The notes under the pieces were generated by a model. The model searched no databases and was not told the DNA's origin. It saw only the letters and a program-made list of their open reading frames with translations. The translations under genes were made by a program, and so were the position numbers. Positions 14,054 through 23,194 of a stretch of 64,000 nt of DNA are shown here, piece after piece (the first letter of the stretch is position 1; every line of letters starts with the position of its first letter). Origin of the DNA: Rhizodiscina lignyota (Eukaryota); NCBI GenBank assembly GCA_010015805.1, contig ML978122.1, positions 62,001-126,000 of the forward strand, in the 5' to 3' direction.

Positions 14054-14944
14054 TCACAGCTTCGAATTCATCCAGTGCGGCGCTCGTTTCTCTACAAACG
14101 CCTGGATCCCCTCGGAGAAATTAGGACTGTCCATCAGACGGGGATACCATTGATCAGCTAGAGTCGACACGGCCTCCTCTACGCTGCTTGCTTCCCAGCT
14201 CAACCGAATCCCTAGGCGACCAACGATCACCGCGTCGGGACTGTTTCTACAAATGTCTTGAGCGACTTGGACCGCCACGCCAGTAACGTCGGCGGCCGAG
14301 TCTACCACGCGAGTAATAAGGCCCCAATCATAGAGCGTCTGCGCGCTCACGTTTCTGCCCGTCAGCACGAGATCGGTGGTGCGTTGCAGTCCAAGAGTGC
14401 GCGTTAACCTTGGCAGACACCCGGCCACAGGCACTATTCCTCGCTTCGCTTCGGGCAGAGAGAAGGTCGCTGAGGAAGCTGCAATTACGAGATCGCAGTT
14501 GGCCACCATCTCGAACCCCCCTCCCATGCATATCCCGTTCACAGCGGCGATGATCGGCTTTTTCCCGCCTCGACGGGGTAGTCCAGCGAGGCCCGGCGCG
14601 GCCATGTCATTGACTACCCCGGCCTTGTTCATCTCGTTCCATTCTGTTCCCGTGTGGCCCTGATCAGTTCTCATCCAGAGAATTTCAATGTAAATGAGGC
14701 ACCCACAAGACGTACCTTGCAAGTCAGCCCCGGTACAGAAGGCCCTCCCAGTGCCTGTGATGATGCCAACCCATAAGCTTTCATCTCGATCGAACAGTTC
14801 CCAAATCTCTTGGATCTCCCGGCTCGTAGTCTTGTCGATACAATTCAGCTTCTCAGGCCTGTTCAACGTAACCTGGATGATGCGTTCATGCGGGAAAGAG
14901 ACATAGAAATGCCCATAGTCTCGGGATCTCGATCTCAGAGACAT
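14054..14944 (-). CDS. sidH: Mevalonyl-CoA hydratase SidH (enoyl-CoA hydratase family), peroxisomal
   Basis: Crotonase motifs LNRPEKLN, FCTGADL, KPIIAAVNG.CMGGGFE and LPE. Intron 14715-14644. C-terminal PTS1 SKL. Divergent from sidF. Confidence 0.9.
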   Translation of the reverse strand: MSLRSRSRDYGHFYVSFPHERIIQVTLNRPEKLNCIDKTTSREIQEIWELFDRDESLWVGIITGTGRAFCTGADLQGTSCGCLIYIEILWMRTDQGHTGTEWNEMNKAGVVNDMAAPGLAGLPRRGGKKPIIAAVNGICMGGGFEMVANCDLVIAASSATFSLPEAKRGIVPVAGCLPRLTRTLGLQRTTDLVLTGRNVSAQTLYDWGLITRVVDSAADVTGVAVQVAQDICRNSPDAVIVGRLGIRLSWEASSVEEAVSTLADQWYPRLMDSPNFSEGIQAFVEKRAPHWMNSKL

Positions 14945-15367
14945 GGAACAGTGGACTGTCGAGAGTGGCTTGCCCTGCAGGATGCACAATTTGCTGACTA
15001 GCTAACCAGCTTCCTCCCTCGACTTTATACTTTATCGTGCCATTTCGTGCTACCACATACGTTCCATCGGCATCCTTACTGCATTAGCTTGCAGAAAGCT
15101 CGTTTACCGAGGTACCCTTGAGTCTCCGTCAAAAGTAATAGCGATGCGGTACCGGTGTTTGTACTGATATGCAGCAACTTGCAGATCGAGGCCCAGAACA
15201 CTAACTACTTAGCTCGCTCATTTGCCCCGCAATCCAGAACAAAAATTACAGTCTACCGCTCTGAGCCTTACTGTAGTATCGTCGAAAGGTCTTGGTCTTT
15301 CACCCTGATCAACGTACGTATATCGTGTCACTACCTTCTTAAGAATCCCTACAACATTGCAATCAAC

Positions 15368-16770
15368 ATGGTATCCGGCTCGGATCCTTCGCAAAGGTAT
15401 CCCCCGGTAAAGCTACCGCACCCTTTTTTGACTACATATCGAGTACACACCATCGCCGAGAGGACGCCGTCCAGGCTTGCTTTAACACTAGATAGCCAAC
15501 CACCCATTGGACGACCTCTACCCCAACCACTACACGTCGACTCACTCTCATGGCTCGATTTATGGTTTAAACCTAAGGATGAATGCCCTCCCAGTTCTAA
15601 CAACAGCTCTTGGGCACGCGCTTGTCGAAGTCCGCAGACCATCTTCGAGTGGACGGGGAATAGCCCACCTTCTTTGGGTCAGATCTGGAATGTGATCCAC
15701 GCAATCTACCTCGCTCATCCGACGTATGAGTATTTCAGACTCACTCTGCTCGGTGCAGAGAAGGACGTCGTTCGGGACGAACTGCTTTCCGCTGGCTTGG
15801 GAATCGAGCATCCGAAGCAATGGCATCGCGTGGACAAAGCGATCGTGGATTTTGAAGAACTTTTGATTCTTCGAAGTGCATTCTGGCAAGGTGCTGGTTC
15901 ACCAGCGGGCCCTCGCCCAATCTGGGTGGTGGGGGATGGTACAGACGGACCTCTACGACAATCGTTGGCCCAATACCCGATCATGCCTGAGAACTATCAC
16001 TTCACAATGAAGTTCCCAGAGGAGGCTGTGTACACTCGTCATCCGATACGTCGCCCCAAACCACATCCAGGATCAATTGTCTACAGTCGCTACGTTCCAG
16101 ACCTTGACGAGCACTTTTCACTCGAAGTGGTTGACTGGCAAGACGAGGAGCACTTGAAGCTCTTCAACACGTGGCAAAATGATCCGCGCGTTGCAGCAGG
16201 CTGGAATGAGACCGGAACCTTGGAGCAGCATCGCGAGTATCTGCGCAAGCTGCACTTTGACCCTCACGTCCTTTGTTTGTTCGGACGCTTCAATGAATCC
16301 CGTTTCGCTTACTTTGAGCTATATTGGGCAAAGGTAACATTCTTAACCAGGTTCGATTTCCCTCAAGTACGGCGTTAATGGTTATATTATGCCCACAGGA
16401 AGATCATTATGGCGCCCATTACGACGCTGGAGACTACGATCGTGGACGCCACTCTCTCGTTGGCGACGCGTCATACCGAGGCTCGAAGAGGGTTAATGCT
16501 TGGTACTCCAGCTGTATCCATTATGTCTTCTTGGACGATCCGCGGACTGCAAACGCCGTGGGCGAGCCAAAAGCCACAGGCTCAACCATCCTGTCTTATG
16601 AGAATGCCCAAGGACTGGTCATCGGCAAGTACATCGACTTGGGCCACAAACGATCCGTCCATTCAATTTCCAGCCGCGAGAAATGGTTTCAGCTGTGTCC
16701 GCTATTTTGGGATGGGCGAGAGAGCCCATTGGAATCCGCTGACCGTGCGGCGTGGAACGCGAAACTCTAG
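15368..16770 (+). CDS. sidF: Hydroxyornithine transacylase SidF (IucB/AlcB-like), peroxisomal
   Basis: Motifs [31 protein letters not shown] and DRGRHSLVG. Intron 16334-16398. C-terminal PTS1 AKL. Confidence 0.92.
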
Positions 16771-17386
16771 CGCAAAGGAGCTACCAATCGATCTTTCAAG
16801 TATGATCATATGATGAGGAGGCGTAGCAGAGTGGGTTATGGTGGACTAGAGATAATCCGCCGAATACCGCGTGTGATGCCGCCTTCTTTGTAATAACTTT
16901 ACTTGGACACCGCCGATATTAGTAGAAATGAGCGTTTCCACCACCGTCCTTTAGGAAGCTCATGCTTCTCACAAAATAGTGTTAGAATAGGCGCTTTGTA
17001 ACGAGCCTCGAAGATATACAAAGTATTACGAAGTGTCTGAACATCTTAACTCGCGCCTTCAAAAAAAAAAAAAAAGAGGGCCTCAAGCTCAACCTCCCTC
17101 AGCCTTGTGGGGCCAAGTATATGCCAAACCCCGATTCAATCCTCTCCCTGGACATAGCCACATTCTTCAGCTAAGATATAGGGAATTGAGTCTCTAGAAT
17201 TTTAACCGAAATACCTTTTTGACTACAACCCTTTCAAAGTCGGAGGTGCCGACCGATATCCGCTGTCTGCGGGGAATCGCTGTGTTTGCGGGGCTTGGAT
17301 CTCCGTTTCATCATAAACGTCTCGTAGTATTTGACCAAGTCGTCAGAGCAATGTAAATCAAATCAAACAGAACAGCTTCTGAGAAA

Positions 17387-18371
17387 ATGGCCTCTTCAGG
17401 AAAGGAATTGGACAATGATTTCTTGCACTACCTTGCAAAGCTTCATGCGCCCGCCTCCGGATCATCGTCACGACTAAAATGGTACTTGACAGTAACAGTT
17501 GCCCTCGGAGGCATGCACTATCCAGAATTGATCCCAGACCTCTACAAGAGCCTTCTTACAGATTTTATTCTAGAGAGCGAGCATAAGGCCGAGACTCGTA
17601 AGCTACGAGAGGGATTGACGAAGGCATGTGGAATTTGGGGTGCTGCAAAGGTATGTCGAATTGTAATGACCATTTCTGCTGTACCAAGTCAATTTTTGAA
17701 TTAGCGCTGTATTGAATATAAAACATTTTCGTCCGCATCTTTGGTTAACGGGACCTTTGTAGACAGGGAGTGCAACAAGATGGCTCGCCTCCGCCATCCC
17801 GGAGCACTTGGATGACAAGACATGCTACCGGTAAGGCTCAGCTCTATCACAAGCATAACAAAACACTTAAACGCCTGTGCGAAGGGAAAACGACTCTCGG
17901 GAAGTCGCGCATAAGCGAGGCCAGGAGATGCTGGACAGCATCTATCCCAAAATCCCCGGATACGACACGGGCAAGGTGGAGAGGACAGCGCCGGATTACG
18001 CATGGATCGCTCATGGTGCGCCTCACTTTCGTCTTGTTTCACCTTCGGCGAATACAAGTAAACGAGCATTCCTGTTGAACAGTACGTGCTGATGAGCTAC
18101 AGAGCTACTCTACGGCCACGTCTTCTCTTTTCCGGCAATTCTCGGACAGCTCGAAACCGGACAGGTGATCATAACTGCGCTCGCAAGCACCGACTGTCAG
18201 GAGCAGTTGCGCAATCATATGATGGGTATGATGATCAATGGTGCGACTCGTGAAGAAGTCCAAGGGGTTCGGGCAGTGGTGATGGCTCTAGCAGAGCGTC
18301 TGGGCGTGAGATTCAAGGAGGGGAGAGAGACGATTGAAGTTCCGCACCCGCCCGGGAGCAGTAGATTATAA
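17387..18371 (+). CDS. Carboxymuconolactone decarboxylase/AhpD-like protein with PTS1
   Basis: Four exons join in frame (introns 17651-17762, 17831-17884, 18016-18102). Motifs RKLREGLTKACGIWGAAK, YGHVFS and QLRNHMMG..INGATREE. Ends in SRL. Confidence 0.75.
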
Positions 18372-19510
18372 GTGACATTGTGAAATACAGATACTTGTCT
18401 CAGTTCAGTTCGAAGTCATTTAGAACGCTTCCTCGCCCGCCTGCGCAATGCAGACAAAGCGATGAAAGGTCACAAGGTGAAAGTAGGCGAGCTGAACCTT
18501 CCCCATTTTGATTGATGTTCAACTCAGCCAAGAACTCTCTTGAGATATAAACAGCAAGAAAAAGACAGCCCGAGAATGGACACGTCGAGACACGACAATG
18601 AGGCCACACTCGGCAAGCAAAGTGCTTTCGTCCTCAATGGCAACTGCAAGGCATCGAACAACAGTTACATTGCCTTGTATTCGCGATCCTTTGTTCAGGT
18701 GTCGAACATCGATACTATCGCATCGACTTTATGGATACGGTCAATGCGGTCGATGCGATGCTGCTGTGACACCAGAGACATGATAGCATCTATTTGAAAA
18801 AGCCTGCTATGAGTGTCCACGGCCTATTCCCATGCAGCGCCGGCGCAGTTGTTCGAGCACTTTCGGACCAAAGTGGGCTTGGCGAAGGGGATTCGGCTTC
18901 CTCATCCTCGCTTGAGGTCGACGTCTTCATTTATTCGCCCTCGATTCGGACGATTCCTAGCCATTATTGCAGCGGGGTTCATCGACTGATGATGACCAAA
19001 TATAATTGTTGGAATGGTTGTAGTGGTCGGACTGTTCGACGCTTGAGCGCCGGATGTGGCAAGTATGGTGTTGGTGGTGAAGTGCCGGCGGTCGTGGTTG
19101 TGTGTGTAGAACCAGATGGTTGCTGAGAGCAGATATCTTGATGGCAGAGTACGCGTGCCTAAGTGTCTGTTGTTGTTGCGAAAAAGTTGAGGGGAGAGCC
19201 TAAGGTAAATCTAAGATTGTGCCGTGGGTGTGGATTTTGGCATCGCACGCGACATCAGGAAACTAGAGTGAGAGCGGCAAAAAAGGCTGAGATGCTATGT
19301 TAGTGAGTATGCTATAATCTGAAAATTCTCTTAAGTGCAAGTTATGCAGTGGGCGGTATTTGGGGTAAGATGGCAGCTTTAGACATGTCCTGACCAATTG
19401 CTTAATCAAAGCTTCCCACCTACGACGTAGTGCCGAAATAACTGGGAACAAAAAATAACCAAGAATGAACTGTGAGTGATGCATATAGAGAGAGAAAAAA
19501 AAAAAGGAAG

Positions 19511-19710
19511 AAAAAAAAAAGGACAGTCTTAGTTTCAGCTTTAAGCTTACTCACACCCAGTACCACGAGAAGGTGCTGTCCGTTACTGAGCACCTAAATG
19601 TTAATATTTTGATCGTTTCCGGATTCGAACGCCCTGTGACACACATTAACCGTACCCGTTCTTTTCAGTTTAATCTCTATACCGATTACCCCACAATGCC
19701 CGAAGGCGAT
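19511..19710 (-). ncRNA. Putative Pol III-transcribed structured ncRNA (about 190 nt) with an element antisense to U2 snRNA
   Basis: Read on the minus strand: TATATAA at about -28 (19738-19732); GCC-UUCG-GGC 5' hairpin (19707-19698); A-box-like TGGGGTAATCGG (19693-19682); B box GTTCGAATCC (19630-19621); 7-bp hairpin (19595-19571); T10 then T11 terminators (19520-19495). No cloverleaf. Confidence 0.75.
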
Positions 19711-21569
19711 AGTAAGTAAAACTTATTTTAATTATATAGTCATCATGAAAAATAGCTCATACAGACCGCAGGCGCATCCCCGCCCTGCACCTGTCCTCAA
19801 TAAAACACTGATTAGATTAAGGCGTTCCTTTCCTATTTTCTTCGCCCATTCTCTCCAGTTTCTTGTATCCTTTGTAATACGCAACACAACACTGATTAAT
19901 TGTTTCCAGTATAGCTCTTCAGCAGATTATATGCAGCTGTGACCTGGCTTTGAGGGAGTGACAAAAGATGCTGATCCAAGGAGCAATCGAGATTCAGTGC
20001 GGTACAAGAAATGTGCAACAACAAAAGACACTCTTTACAGCACTTTTGACAGTAAGCAAGGCATGGAGATGAATAGAGAATCAAGGTAATAGAAAGATAA
20101 TCGAGAAGCCTTACAGCGAATCTTGTCACAAAGATGCCATGCGTTTCAGCGCTCAAGCTAGAGCACAGCACATACAACATGCTCCTTGGACGATGCATGC
20201 CTCAGATCATCGCGTTCATAATGTAGTCTTCGAATCTTGATCACGACTTCTCCTAATACTTCCTCAACAGGCCTACGTTTTGCCACGCGTGCCCAAGCAC
20301 CAAGTCAAGGAGTCAGTCATTCTGCTCTTCAGCAGACTGCAATTCAATAACCCCATACCAATGTCAATCACTACAGACGTCCACCGCCGAACCGACCGTT
20401 ACGACCATCGCTTGTTCTTGCACTCGCATACGCACCCACTTCTGCAGATATCTCGAGGCGCCGCATCGATACACCAAATCCTCGAGACAGACCACCTCAG
20501 CATGTTTCAATATGCCTAAGCCCGACGAGGCTCGGTCGCATGGGGACAAAGACGAAGCAACGTCTGCAAGTAAGGTTGAGCTGTCGGTGCGCTAGGTGAG
20601 GCTATACTAGCGAAAGCGAGGTATCACGTCGAAAGGTATCGGGCGGAAGGGATAACTGATTGACGCAGTAATCGTTAGAGCAGACGACAGCGAGATGTCT
20701 GCTTATCTAAAATTAGCGTGATTGCCATTCCAATGGTTGACTTGTCACTGGGTTGCGTGGACGAGTAAGTCGTCTCCATGGGCTGAATCTGAAGCGCTAC
20801 ATTTGCACCGACGATAGCAGGGCCACCAAAAAGAAACAATAAGGTGATCACGGTCTCCTCGATATCTAGATATTGGCCATAACGAAGCAGGACAGTTAAT
20901 CAGAACAGTGATATCTGCATATGGACATAAGACGGAGGCACTCAAAGATGAGACGATGTTCGAGTGGAAAGGCGCGGATCGGAAAAAGTGCGAAAACCGC
21001 GGTCCACATGTAGGGCTGAGATCTGACTCTCTCGCGACCCAGGAGCCCACCTTCCTTGCATCAGTTCCTCTCCAACTATCTCTTCCGAAGAGCAAGAATC
21101 ATCTCTTACATGTAGCAGTGCAACGCTTTACGCTGGAGCTAACCTCATGAAAGCCCAAGAAAACACCACGGTCACGGGAGACGCCTACGCTGAGGATTAC
21201 AATCGGCCCAGGCAGGAGATGCAGACCATGATTGAACCTCAAGTCACAGCACGGCCCAAGTTGCTCTGCATTTTTTAATCGGCAGTACGAGCAAGTCACG
21301 ACCGAAGTCATAGAATCAAGGTTACGGAGTTTAGGAGGCGACAAGGCAACAACTGACCATACGAATGACATCGAATCCGTATCTGAACTGAAAGCCCCGC
21401 GAGATACATCCACCTGAATGGAAGGCAGTGGCCAGGATATTTCTTCTTACGATGCTACCTGTTCTACAAGCGCTCGAAAATATTGTCATGAACGGCTGTA
21501 CAACGCTGTGTACACCACGCCCGTGTGATATTACAATCGGAGACGCATCCCGTCAAGCCCGCTCCAGAA

Positions 21570-22534
21570 CTAAGGAAGTTTCTGATGCCAAATGCATGCT
21601 ATGGAGCCACCAAGGACTAAGCTGAGGAGGATGCTGATGTTTATCATGGATTTGAACATGCGCGCTTTCATGGACCTTTCCGCGCGACCTTGAAATTCCG
21701 GCGTCGTGTTGCCATGCGGGAAAGGTCCATCGGGTACCGGCTGCTCCAGGTACTTGCAAAGCGGCTCCCTGTAATTGTCCGTTAATACTGTCCTCATTCA
21801 AGAAAGCAACTATCGGAGCAAGCATACCAGCCCTCCTCAGCACGCCACTCCAGCGACTGCCGCCCTTGTTCATTCAACACTCCCCTCAAATGCGCATAGT
21901 GCTCTTTGTAAAGCGCTCTTCCCCTAGCATCCCAATTGGAAATCTGCCAAGGTTGAGTAAAATTCGTGCGCCAGATATGGAAATACCAGAACATCTCATT
22001 ATTAAACAGCGACAACAATGCCAAAGTCCAGCTGTTGCCAATTCGGACCAGAGTCTTCGCGATGCTTGTATGCCACGCCTCGACGTCCTCACGGAAATTG
22101 ACAATGACCTTGGCCTCCGGATAACATCGCAACAATTCATCGACAAACATAGAACACGGAAGATCGGTGACCGCTCGACAGTCTGCGAGAATCCGATCAA
22201 AGTCCTGACGCGTCAGGCCAGAGTCGAAATGCCACCATGACATGTCGTTAGGGTTTGTCGCTGGTATCAACCCGCGCTGGCGAGCGATTTGGGCCTTCCA
22301 AGTCATCAGGCGGCAGAATGCTTTGGTGTCTCCCGGATAGCTCCCGCAGACCGTTCCATGGTAGCATGTGCTGTAGCCGAGCTGCTCGAGGGCCTGACGT
22401 AGAGAGTCAGTTCCACTGCGAGAAAGACCTAAAGCCAAGACGGAGAGGGGCTTGTCAGGATGGCGGTGACGGGCTGGTTCTTTGACGGGATATATGAGAG
22501 ATAGGATGCGGTGTGAAAGGGTGGCGGGAGCCAT
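21570..22534 (-). CDS. P-loop sulfotransferase-like protein (Sulfotransfer_4 type) with C-terminal membrane anchor
   Basis: Motifs VLALGLSRSGTDSLRQALEQLGY, AVTDLP, YPEAKVI, and GW|EPLCKYL..PVPDGPFPHGN across intron 21827-21769. Hydrophobic C-terminal tail. Confidence 0.85.
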
Positions 22535-23194
22535 TGAAACTGAGAATTGAAATTCCGTCCCACTGGTACCGCTTCGGAGTAGCCCAAAGCTGGTTCAATG
22601 ACTGGATCTGGTATTTTGCTAGCGTAGATGTACTCCGGAGTGACCAGATTCAAAAAGGTTCAGGCTGTCAGCGACGATAAAAAGGGAGACAAAATGCAAG
22701 AAAGGAGTGAATCACTAGAGAGAGAATACGAAGTGAACAAGCCTCGAACTTTGCTGTTCCTTTATATCGAAATTTCGAACTGAATGATGATCTCAAATTA
22801 GCCAACCTACGCACTTCACTTGGTTCAACGGGTCAGCACCGGGGTGGCAGCTCGCCGAGCAAGCTCGCTCGAACTCGCTGTTTTTCCACGCTTGGAAAGC
22901 CAAACGCGCACTCTGGCGAAAGCATGTCAGCTGAAAAGCGAGCCAAGCAACGAAGTGTCAAGTGAATTTGGTGTGTGATGTAGACTGCAGGCAGCAGGGG
23001 TGCGTGGAAGTGATTTGCAGGCTTGGCCCAAGCTCCTCGGGCGTTTGGATGATCTTCCTCTGAACATCTCTCCACCCCAACCTCCACCTTTCCACACTCC
23101 TCCAAGCTTCATTCATCTTCCACATTCTCTTCTCAAATACACAAAGCATTTCGATTTCCACAGGGAATAGCCATAAAAGGCTGTCTTATTGGAG

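Noticed and set aside
18400..19200. Possible gene between the CMD-like gene and the ncRNA
   Set aside because: All frames are short and give no coherent product.
19600..19700. tRNA, U6 or U2 gene call for the A-box/B-box locus
   Set aside because: There is no acceptor or anticodon stem, no ACAGAGA/AGC triad or U6 internal stem-loop, and the U2 match is only 21 nt, on the opposite strand, with no branch-recognition sequence or Sm site.
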